Shown: positions 57,201 through 64,000 of the stretch, in pieces
Layout of the letters: each line of letters opens with the position of its first letter
How positions within the stretch are numbered: position 1 is the first letter of the stretch
Assembly (NCBI GenBank): GCA_021772465.1
Contig: JAJFLX010000017.1
Location: 204,588 to 268,587 of the forward strand
Direction: 5' to 3'
Origin: Chlamydiota bacterium
Lineage (GTDB): Bacteria > Chlamydiota > Chlamydiia > Chlamydiales > JAAKFR01
Length of the DNA stretch: 64,000 nt
Translations under genes and position numbers: made by a program
Notes under the pieces: model-generated
What the model was told of the DNA's origin: nothing
Seen by the model: the letters and a program-made list of their open reading frames with translations, nothing else
The model's database searches: none

Positions 57201-58283
57201 TGCCATATCCATCTTACTGCAGACGCCCTCTCCTTGAGAGAGGGAGCTCTTGAGCTCAGTAGTGGTGGGGAAAGGGTAAAGGCACTGTGGATGAGAGATC
57301 CTAGAGAGGGGTGGGGGGTGAAAGAGATCGAGGGAAATTTGTGCGGAATAGATATCGCCCTGAAACAAATGGGTTCCCATCCTGAGGATTGGATTGCACT
57401 TACAGGAGAAATAGCTGTAGATCCTACGCAAGCTCATAAGCTACTCAGCGAGACCTTTTTAAATCTGGCTGAAAAATGGGAGATTGAAGGGCAGTTTCTT
57501 TTGCAAGGGGACTTTCGTTTCTCTCAAGCAAACCCGAAAGTGGTTGCGTTTGAAGGGGGCCTTTTTGCTGATTCTCCTAAGGTCCACGGGGTGAAATTTG
57601 AGAGTTTGAGCAGCTACTTGTGGTTTACACCAGACGAATTTCTTGTCAGCGATCTGACGCTTGCCGACTGGGCAGGCGACCTCCACATCGACCGAGTTGC
57701 AGCGCAGCTGAGTTCAAAAGGGTGGGAAGTTGAGCTCGATCAACTCAAAGTCTCCGATTTTCGTCTCTCACGCCTCAAAAGTCCTTGGACTGACTGGAAG
57801 GGAAAAAGACGACCCTTCTACCAATCATTTTTTGTTAAAACCCTCCTCTTGGAGCGCCTTGTAGGGCGGGTAGGGGATTGGACGAGCTTTCAAGGCCAAG
57901 GCGTGCTCAATTTCACCAATCCCCCTAAAACAACCCTTCTTTCGAACCTTCTTATGATCCCTTCAGAAATCACAGCCCGCATTGGACTCGATTTAACAAA
58001 TTTTATCCCTTCACGGGGAGAGATCGACTATGAGATCAGCGAGGGGAAAATTTGGTTAAATGAGTTTCGCAATATGTTTAGTGATGGAAAAAGATCGCGA
58101 TTCTATTTGGCAGAAGGGCATTCGGCTTCGATCGATTTTGAAGGAAATTTGGATTTTAGAGTGAAAATGAAGCAGTACAACTTGCTTATGAAACTCGCAG
58201 AGTTTTTCACCATTACTGTGAACGGAACGTGCTCTCATCCCACATACACTTTTTCCAACCATTTCGATGAAACATATAAATGA
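54264..58283 (+). CDS. Large membrane-anchored beta-rich protein, AsmA/TamB/YhdP-like
   Basis: 1339 aa, single N-terminal TM, amphipathic beta strands throughout, C-terminal ASIDF.G.LD...V.GT..HP pattern. Confidence 0.65.
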   Translation: MWKRGIGIIYLGLLICGALFSEPLVLHLFKHQSTRFLKKNLGMELVSDAWLLQQGKITISHGELLKRGAFEASFSKLYFTPSFLWKRRKLGGELLLKEVEVSYQKSASTPTWKVPGWLELQTHIQGGTLSLDGTLFGIEVDHLISAGEIEGVVALSAPLGDPPLLTYFHQNREQNVDLKTELHAHRVDAIYSLLTYFFGKDLPDLMRGWEPKTGRLKGSLAITLKGNSLGMARGKLEISSVEAKNLDLEIQGELDRLFAEFDINLESVETMEGLFSIEGGRLSFEEGVWDLTDLNTHICIEAGRVLHSRFEGSLMGIKGELFLDWSSPELLMELELAADSHQLESWVPRRFLQVFPDDHFVLNASLSRLGEELDLVGEVEVNFNERLEFGCHFDPLLVSTKETFLGKILEQFGWGHQRSGWVRGVCFPLEQYLSPAFFPGLTLQLAGELSFEGTFDNEELTLYYASPSLQLESPHFLLKASNIEKGIHTIDLKTQKHWGELPLKATEFFHKRHQFHLTEGSGIAHIEGQNISIEGVTIYSDALCMQGAVELEVQAFDDIDLSLHANSLAGPLEDAVAFLSHFKPAIFSALPLRGELFSEGRVFDFHYHFSPRPKLLSGEFFAELQAELHTPFFSIHIERSALEYDWAANTLSFAGSTGRLEMGAGLGSIAFELPTLAFSNFSELEVALAIETPFFAAQGSMEKGDFSLKGEGVEVFATQIGKTLHIANCGYGPYCAGGMVSWDDHSISIDSLELRGENQGEVTIAGHFDRSKREFFGEIQSVDWQLSRLESKWKPQGRVKGQGALNWSRSKGLEATIEAGVEALSLAGIQFGTSEHLSGSYTREGGLVIEGLKAATPSGELYQLGSFNYHIGSKKVFFQGLDFSLPAEKIPWAADLASTLFPGFVHSALHELALEVKQKEPLEGCLSIEMHPDNLWIYLRLRDGRYYLWDRPLDLKNFLLVYDPQQLEVQTECNINERECHIHLTADALSLREGALELSSGGERVKALWMRDPREGWGVKEIEGNLCGIDIALKQMGSHPEDWIALTGEIAVDPTQAHKLLSETFLNLAEKWEIEGQFLLQGDFRFSQANPKVVAFEGGLFADSPKVHGVKFESLSSYLWFTPDEFLVSDLTLADWAGDLHIDRVAAQLSSKGWEVELDQLKVSDFRLSRLKSPWTDWKGKRRPFYQSFFVKTLLLERLVGRVGDWTSFQGQGVLNFTNPPKTTLLSNLLMIPSEITARIGLDLTNFIPSRGEIDYEISEGKIWLNEFRNMFSDGKRSRFYLAEGHSASIDFEGNLDFRVKMKQYNLLMKLAEFFTITVNGTCSHPTYTFSNHFDETYK

Positions 58284-58921
58284 TTCAATCGATTCTCAAA
58301 TTCATCTTTCCCCCTCTTTGCTTGCACTGTGAAGCCGAGACAGAGAGGCTTTTTTGCAAAGGGTGCCAAGGTTTTTTTGAACTGATTCAGCCACAGGGGC
58401 GTTGTGTATGTTGTTTTCAAGAGAGTTCGACAAGAGGGCCTTGTGCAAATTGTTTAAAAGAGAAAAGGTGGCACATTCAATGCAGCGCCGCTCTTGATGA
58501 TTGTGCCCCAACTCGAACGTTCATGCAAAAAGTTCAACAAGGCCATTCCCCTCACCTCATCAAAAGTGCTGCTTCCTTTATGGTGGCGCAGTATACCTGT
58601 CTCGGCTGGCCCTCTCCTGATCTCTTGATTCCTCTCACACGTTTGCTTTTTTTTCGAAAAAATGACAGCTCCTATCTGCTCGCAAAAGAGATTGGCAAAT
58701 ACCTCGAAGTGCCTGTTTCTCCCTCGCTTTTCCACATCAAAAAAAACAAGTGGGTGCTTTGGCCGCGATTTGTCGCTGAAGAAAAGGTGGTGCTTCTCAT
58801 TCATCCAAAAAGTGTGTCACCAGAAGAGATCGATATTCTTTATGAGGCGCTCTATACGAGTTTTCCTAAGCGGATCTATCTCTTATCTCTTTTAGGTCGA
58901 TCACTTGCTCCGCATGCTTGA
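58280..58921 (+). CDS. ComF-like protein (double zinc ribbon plus degenerate PRTase domain)
   Basis: FPPLCLHC, CKGC, C..C, CANC; no DD..TTG PRPP loop. Confidence 0.7.
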   Translation: MIQSILKFIFPPLCLHCEAETERLFCKGCQGFFELIQPQGRCVCCFQESSTRGPCANCLKEKRWHIQCSAALDDCAPTRTFMQKVQQGHSPHLIKSAASFMVAQYTCLGWPSPDLLIPLTRLLFFRKNDSSYLLAKEIGKYLEVPVSPSLFHIKKNKWVLWPRFVAEEKVVLLIHPKSVSPEEIDILYEALYTSFPKRIYLLSLLGRSLAPHA

Positions 58922-59639
58922 AAGGGAATTCATCGATTTCGACAGGATCTCGAAAAGGGTTGTCGAGTGAGTAGATGATGAAAAGCATGAAAGCAATGAT
59001 ATTGGCCAAAAAAAGCGTCAAAATCAATTTTAAGACTAGAGGATCGACCCGAAAAAAACAGGGGATAGTGACAAGGATCAACCCACCAGCTATAAGAAGC
59101 GTCCACCTCAATCCCCCGACAGAATTGTCGAGGTTGAAAATGCGAAGCATGCGAGCCCCGCTAAACGCATTTAACTTATCGATAGAGCTTGCATACCACG
59201 CCTCTTCTTTAGGACCTAGGGGGGTGAGATTGTAGTAGGCTTGCCAAATCTCACTCTCATAGAGGCTTCCTGTTCTAAAAGAAAGCTCAAGGGGAGAATG
59301 AGACCACTCTTTGTCGATCACATAGGCAAGGTAGGCTCTAATTTTTTCCCGCACAAAGTCATCGGAGTCTGTTTGAAATACATAGGAGTCGCGGTAGAGT
59401 TCGACAAGGTAGTGCGCCTCATCTTGCACCGTCTTTTTAGCATCGTAGTAACGCTCCCAAACATCCCAGGTGATGAACCCAAGAAAAAGCGCATAGATGA
59501 TTCCTGAAAGATTGAAGATCAATGCGGTGTAGTGCCGGTATACGGTGAGGTCAATCGTCCATTTCTTCCGGTGCGAAAACCAGACAACACCGATGCCCAC
59601 AAGGGTAAAAAGAACGAAAAAACCGTAGGAAATTACCAT
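58866..59639 (-). CDS. DUF4239-like membrane protein
   Basis: GIIYALFLGF...VW, EA, Y...VI..EW, AR..R, LD.PF. Confidence 0.75.
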   Translation of the reverse strand: MVISYGFFVLFTLVGIGVVWFSHRKKWTIDLTVYRHYTALIFNLSGIIYALFLGFITWDVWERYYDAKKTVQDEAHYLVELYRDSYVFQTDSDDFVREKIRAYLAYVIDKEWSHSPLELSFRTGSLYESEIWQAYYNLTPLGPKEEAWYASSIDKLNAFSGARMLRIFNLDNSVGGLRWTLLIAGGLILVTIPCFFRVDPLVLKLILTLFLANIIAFMLFIIYSLDNPFRDPVEIDEFPFKHAEQVIDLKEIRDRSA

Positions 59640-59641
59640 CG

Positions 59642-60223
59642 CTATAGGGATGTAGTCTCAGAGTGGATCACTTGGACTAGCCCTTCGATGCGCACCCCTT
59701 CATCAACAGAGAGCGACTTGGCCTCGATATCTCCTTTGATGGAAGCCTCTCCTCGAAGCTCAAGCTTTTCTTGTACGGTGATATTTCCTTCAACTTCACC
59801 TTCGATGACAGCTTCACGGAGTTTTAAGTTTGCTTTCACCTTTCCTTTTGGTCCTACGATCACCTTCCCTTGAGAGAGAAGTTCTCCCTCAAAAGTACCA
59901 TCAATTCGCAGTAAGCGTTCAAAACTCAGCTCTCCTCTGAAGGAGACCCCCTCACCGAGAGTCGTCTCTGGAACTTCTTCCTCAATGATTCCTTTGAGGT
60001 GATGAGGAAGCGTCGTCACGTGCTCCTCTTCAAACAGACGCTCTTCTACTGCATGCGTGCGTGGGGGCAGTCTCCCTGGTCTCGCAGGGTCAAACAGTCT
60101 TGGGGGAACCTCACTTATGTCGTTTTTGACTCCACTGTACTTGTAGGGAGAAGCCATGGGAGACTCCTCTTCGTAAATTGAGCTATTGTCGTCTAAGGGG
60201 TTTTTGCTGGGCCTTCTAAACAT
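59642..60223 (-). CDS. bacA: Bactofilin (polymer-forming cytoskeletal protein, CT276-like)
   Basis: TTLGEGVSFRGEL...LRIDG.FEG, G.VEGNI, GDIEA..L.VDEG. Confidence 0.92.
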   Translation of the reverse strand: MFRRPSKNPLDDNSSIYEEESPMASPYKYSGVKNDISEVPPRLFDPARPGRLPPRTHAVEERLFEEEHVTTLPHHLKGIIEEEVPETTLGEGVSFRGELSFERLLRIDGTFEGELLSQGKVIVGPKGKVKANLKLREAVIEGEVEGNITVQEKLELRGEASIKGDIEAKSLSVDEGVRIEGLVQVIHSETTSL

Positions 60224-60238
60224 TCGAATCTTCCTTTT

Positions 60239-61573
60239 TTATCTCGTTTCGATATGACGTCTGCAAAGAGCAATTTGGCGGCGCAGAGACTCGTCTTTTT
60301 TTGTTTTATTCTCAATATTCTTGAATGCATGAAGAATTGTAGAGTGTGTTTTACCAAAACAGGCTCCAATCATCATCAGCGACTCTTTGATCAGCTCTTT
60401 AGCCAGATACATTGCAACTTGCCTGGCAAGGGCAATCTCTTTGGTTCTTGAGGTGCCTTTTAATTCATTGACACGCACTTGAAAAACAGTAGCAACACTT
60501 TTTAAGATAGCCTCGACAGAAATTTTTTGAGAGGGAGGAGCTTGGAAAAGCTCACTCAGGGTTTTCTCAACAAGCGACTCACTCACCTCTTCGCCAAGCA
60601 GTCGACAGTGAGCTGTGAGACGGTTGATCGCTCCTTCGAGTTGCCGCACATTTGTAAAGATATGCTCAGCGATATAGAAAGCGACAGAGCTTGGGATCTT
60701 CAGTCCCTTCTGCTCTGCCTTATGTTGCAAAATAGCCACACGCGTCTCAAGGTCAGGCATGCCGACATGGGCGACAAGGCCCCACTCCATACGGGCAACA
60801 ATGCGCTCAGAAAGTTTGAGTTGACCAGGGGGTTTATCGCTTGTGACAACGATCTGTTTACTCTGGTTAATCAAACTCTCAAAGGTGTTGCAAAATTCAT
60901 CCTCAAAATTGAGACGGTCTTGGAGAAATTGGATGTCATCCACGAGCAATACATCGAGTGAACGGTAGAATTTTTTCATTCGATCCACTGATTTGTTGCG
61001 CAGGTTATCGACCAAGTCGTTGATGAAACCTTCAGTAGTAATACATTGGACGCGAAGCCGTTTATGGTCTTTCTGAATGGCATGGCCAATGGCATGAAGT
61101 AGGTGAGTCTTTCCCAGACCCACCCCTCCATGAATGAAAAGAGGGTTATAAGAACGGCCCGGTCTAGCTGCAATCCCCATAGCAGCTGAATAGACAAACT
61201 GATTAGCAGGCCCCTCTATGAAGGTTTCGAATCGGTACGACTGATTGAGTTTCAAAGGGAGCTCATCAGCAGTAGGGCTTGGAGGAGGGGCTTCTTGGAT
61301 GCAGGGGCGGGAAGGCTCTTGCTCTGCAATCACAAACTTGATGGCAGGTACTCCATTTGCATCAACAGGCACAAATGAGCAGAGCTCCTCTTGGTAATTG
61401 TCAACCAAGTAAGCCTTCACAAAAATGTTGGGTACCTGAAGGGTGATCTCTTCAGTCGAAGAGTCGAGAACCAAAATAGGTGCGAGCCAGTTTTCAAAAG
61501 CAGTCAAGGAACACCGCTGCTTGATGTAGTCAAGAAACTGCGTCCAAGTGTCGTGAGCATCGCACGTCAGCAT
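60239..61573 (-). CDS. dnaA: Chromosomal replication initiator DnaA
   Basis: [44 protein letters not shown]. Confidence 0.98.
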   Translation of the reverse strand: MLTCDAHDTWTQFLDYIKQRCSLTAFENWLAPILVLDSSTEEITLQVPNIFVKAYLVDNYQEELCSFVPVDANGVPAIKFVIAEQEPSRPCIQEAPPPSPTADELPLKLNQSYRFETFIEGPANQFVYSAAMGIAARPGRSYNPLFIHGGVGLGKTHLLHAIGHAIQKDHKRLRVQCITTEGFINDLVDNLRNKSVDRMKKFYRSLDVLLVDDIQFLQDRLNFEDEFCNTFESLINQSKQIVVTSDKPPGQLKLSERIVARMEWGLVAHVGMPDLETRVAILQHKAEQKGLKIPSSVAFYIAEHIFTNVRQLEGAINRLTAHCRLLGEEVSESLVEKTLSELFQAPPSQKISVEAILKSVATVFQVRVNELKGTSRTKEIALARQVAMYLAKELIKESLMMIGACFGKTHSTILHAFKNIENKTKKDESLRRQIALCRRHIETR

Positions 61574-61606
61574 ATTGGTTCTCCTTTCATTTTTCTATGA
61601 ACAATG

Positions 61607-61650
61607 TTTTCCACAACGGCTTCTGAGGCAAATACTTGTGTTGTGAACAA
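61607..61650. promoter_or_regulatory. DnaA boxes upstream of dnaA
   Basis: TTTTCCACA at 61607-61615 fits TTWTNCACA; TGTGAACAA at 61642-61650 is an inverted one-mismatch box. Confidence 0.55.
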
Positions 61651-61821
61651 TATCAGGAATGTAGCATCTGGTTTCATACGCCGCAACAAATTTTCAGCAG
61701 AAAATGAATGCCGAGCTCCTAACCGTTTTACGATCAAAGCAGTTTGAGCCAAAAAAAAATGCAGAAACGTAAACGATTGGAAATCAGGAAGGGTATTTGC
61801 AGTGAATTTATATTCAGAAAG

Positions 61822-62217
61822 TTATGCGCGCCCTAAAACGAGGGCCATGGCATCACCCGCGATCGTTTGATCCGCACTGTGGCGTAAATTTTGGGCAAGT
61901 TCAATCGCCCGTTTCTCTTTTCCATTTGTCAGAAGTGTTTTCACGTAGTTGAGAAGGGTAGGTTCGTGATGTGGATCGAGCTCAAGAGCCTCTACCAGGA
62001 CTTTTTCTGCTTTGTCAATCTCATCCATTTGGAGGTAGAGTGCCCCAAGAGTTTGTCTATCGTAGGCACTTGTAGGATCTAAGATCACAAGCGCCTCAAA
62101 AAAGAGAACAGCCTTTATATAGAGTCCCTCACGCAAGAAAGAAAATCCGGAAAAGCGCAGTTCATCTAGTTGGTCTTCAGACCAGCCGAGAAGCTCTTTC
62201 CAATTTACTGCTGTCAT
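61822..62217 (-). CDS. TPR protein, SycD/LcrH-like chaperone (CT274 homolog)
   Basis: LGW...QL.ELR..G...LREG.Y..A..FFEALV.LDP...YD.QTLGALYLQ; syntenic position. Confidence 0.82.
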   Translation of the reverse strand: MTAVNWKELLGWSEDQLDELRFSGFSFLREGLYIKAVLFFEALVILDPTSAYDRQTLGALYLQMDEIDKAEKVLVEALELDPHHEPTLLNYVKTLLTNGKEKRAIELAQNLRHSADQTIAGDAMALVLGRA

Positions 62218-62220
62218 AGC

Positions 62221-62712
62221 TTATGCCTGTACGAATTGATGCATTCTTGAAATAATATAATCGACCATCTCATTGGTCTCTTTGACTCCCTTTTCGAGTA
62301 GCTCAGCTAGAGTCTCTCCTTCGTGATCTAGATCGTCCTCCTCTTTTAGGAGTTCTTTTCGAACGAGTTGATTCCGGCGCCTTTTTTTCTTAACAAAGGC
62401 CCGGACTCGGTTCGCGTCGGCAGTGAGTTTTTCATTCCCCCCTAAAGAAGGGGCGACATAAGAGGAAGAGCGGCGTTGAGAGAAGAAGTTTTTGGGAATC
62501 TCAAAACGGGCCCACATTTTTCGCTGATAGGTTTGCATCAACGTGGTGAGCGCAGGGTGGAGAGGAATAAAATTCAGAACTTTAGACTGGATGGCAACTT
62601 GATTGGATCGGCTCGGGGGGAGGTGATACTGTCTGCGAAAGTCTTCAATCCCTTTCTGATCGTTTGCAAAACGCTCGTGGGTATTGATGTCATAGCTATA
62701 GATCTCAACCAT
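62221..62712 (-). CDS. Conserved chlamydial protein (CT273-like)
   Basis: MVEIY.Y start, WA.F..P, ISRM.QFVQ end; between the CT274 homolog and rsmH. Confidence 0.75.
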   Translation of the reverse strand: MVEIYSYDINTHERFANDQKGIEDFRRQYHLPPSRSNQVAIQSKVLNFIPLHPALTTLMQTYQRKMWARFEIPKNFFSQRRSSSYVAPSLGGNEKLTADANRVRAFVKKKRRRNQLVRKELLKEEDDLDHEGETLAELLEKGVKETNEMVDYIISRMHQFVQA

Positions 62713-62791
62713 AAGGCAATATTACTCTCTGAAAGAGTTTGCGGCAATCCACCAAATTCTTATACTGGTATCGAATCAATTATCATGCCAA

Positions 62792-63676
62792 ATGAGTCCC
62801 ATGCCTCACATTCCGATCCTTCTCGATACAACTCTCGCTTTTTTTGAAAACTGTCAGCTTCACTCATTTGTCGATGGGACATTGGGCGGGGGAGGACATG
62901 CCTTGGCTTTGTTGGAAGCGCATCCCGAGATGAAACATTTTTATGGGTTTGACCGTGATGAATCAGCTCTAAGCTTGGCGAAGGAGCGCCTTGCTTCTTA
63001 CGCAGACAGACTCCATCTTCAGAGAGGGAGTTACGCGGCCATGCGAGAGCAAATAGAGGGGCAAGTAGAGGGGATTTTTCTTGATTTAGGGGTCTCCTCT
63101 ATGCAGCTAGATACTCCAGAGCGTGGGTTTAGTTTCTCAAAAGAGGGGCCTCTTGACATGCGCATGGACCAAAGAGATCAAATCGATGCAGCCCATGTAG
63201 TCAATACCTATTCGGAGAAAGAGTTGGGGCGTATATTTAAGGATTATGGAGAGGAGCCCAGATGGCGTGTCGCAGCGAAGGCGATTGTGGAGGTGCGCCG
63301 CAAAAAAAGGATAAAGACCACCCAAGATTTGGCTGAAGCGCTCCAAAAAGTGCTCACATGGAGAGGGAGAAAGGGAAAAAAAATACATCCGCTCACTTTG
63401 ATTTTTCAAGCTCTTCGCATCGAGGTGAATGATGAGCTAGGTGAGCTCAAACGTGCGCTCCCAGTAGCCGTTTCTATGCTCGCCCCTTCGGGGAGGATGG
63501 GAGTGATTGCCTTTCACAGCCTAGAAGATCGATTGGTCAAGCAAACTTTTCGTCAGCTTGCTCTCGAGAAAGAGGTGACAATTTTAACGAAAAAGCCACT
63601 TGTAGCCTCATTAGAAGAGCAGAAGGCAAATCCCAGAAGTCGGTCAGCTAAACTCCGGTTTATTGAAAAATTATGA
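62792..63676 (+). CDS. rsmH: 16S rRNA m4C1402 methyltransferase RsmH (MraW)
   Basis: HIPIL, DGTLGGGGH, DLGVSSMQLD, FQALRIEVN, FHSLEDR, NPRSRSAKLR. Confidence 0.98.
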   Translation: MSPMPHIPILLDTTLAFFENCQLHSFVDGTLGGGGHALALLEAHPEMKHFYGFDRDESALSLAKERLASYADRLHLQRGSYAAMREQIEGQVEGIFLDLGVSSMQLDTPERGFSFSKEGPLDMRMDQRDQIDAAHVVNTYSEKELGRIFKDYGEEPRWRVAAKAIVEVRRKKRIKTTQDLAEALQKVLTWRGRKGKKIHPLTLIFQALRIEVNDELGELKRALPVAVSMLAPSGRMGVIAFHSLEDRLVKQTFRQLALEKEVTILTKKPLVASLEEQKANPRSRSAKLRFIEKL

Positions 63677-63987
63677 AATTAGGTCCTCTAGCTCGATTAT
63701 TCTCCTGTATTTTTGTGCTCGGCCTTGTCTTATATGGGTATATCGATAAACAGAACCAGATCACTGAGCTGCGCCTTCAAATTCCTGTAGCTGAGCAAGA
63801 TCTAGACGTAGCTCAGCAGCAGGCTGTTCGCCTTCAATTCGAACTGGATCAGCTCGAAAGTCCCTTGAGGTTGATGGAATTTGCGAGAAAGCCTGAGTTT
63901 CGGCACCTAAAACACCCACTTGAGGGAGATATTCTTCATATTTCAATCTCGGAGGAGGAGCTATGCGGCAAAAAAAGCGGCTGGTAA
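63673..63987 (+). CDS. ftsL: FtsL-like cell division protein (CT271 homolog)
   Basis: TM, YI.KQN..TELRL.IP coiled coil, ESP..LM; between rsmH and ftsI. Confidence 0.82.
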   Translation: MKLGPLARLFSCIFVLGLVLYGYIDKQNQITELRLQIPVAEQDLDVAQQQAVRLQFELDQLESPLRLMEFARKPEFRHLKHPLEGDILHISISEEELCGKKSGW

Positions 63988-64000
63988 TTATCTCCATAGG
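63963..64000 (+). CDS. ftsI: Probable start of penicillin-binding protein 3 (truncated by window edge)
   Basis: GGAGGAG RBS then MRQKKRLVIISI; inferred from conserved rsmH-ftsL-ftsI order only. Confidence 0.55.
   Translation, partial: MRQKKRLVIISI

Noticed and set aside
1-64000. CRISPR array, cas genes, rRNA, prophage or recognisable anti-phage genes
   Set aside because: No regularly spaced repeats or matching protein motifs were seen by eye

Overview
A 64-kb chromosomal segment of an environmental Chlamydiota bacterium, probably outside Chlamydiaceae. The call rests on chlamydia-specific genes (grgA, dcrA, SET/NUE, CT273/CT274/CT283-like) and on gene order matching C. trachomatis blocks recalled from memory: gapA-grgA; dagA-ybcL-nue-yycJ-ftsK; mrsA..rnc-radA-hemC; sod-accD-dut-ptsN-mnmA-clpC-lplA-gcvH-nqrEDCB-bacA-dnaA-rsmH-ftsL-ftsI. 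It carries tRNA-Leu(TAA) and tRNA-His(GTG). An AT-richer accessory island follows tRNA-Leu (GyrI-like, MFS efflux, PNPOx-like, SDRs, truncated IS3, racemase, methyltransferase). A shikimate cluster has head-to-head overlapping aroDE/aroB starts. The strongest candidate for an undescribed system is a putative lipid/small-molecule tailoring cluster at 17.5-24 kb (serine hydrolase, acyl-CoA dehydrogenase-like, signal-peptide methyltransferase, TauD/SyrP dioxygenase, GNAT-like, BtaA/DUF3419). Other signals: two signal-peptide SAM methyltransferases, repeated leaderless-type promoters, a HemC lacking its cofactor domain fused to HemD, a ubiquitin-like segment in a secreted protein, and an apparent excess of GAGCTC. 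All calls come from motif recognition by eye; no database searches or computations were run.
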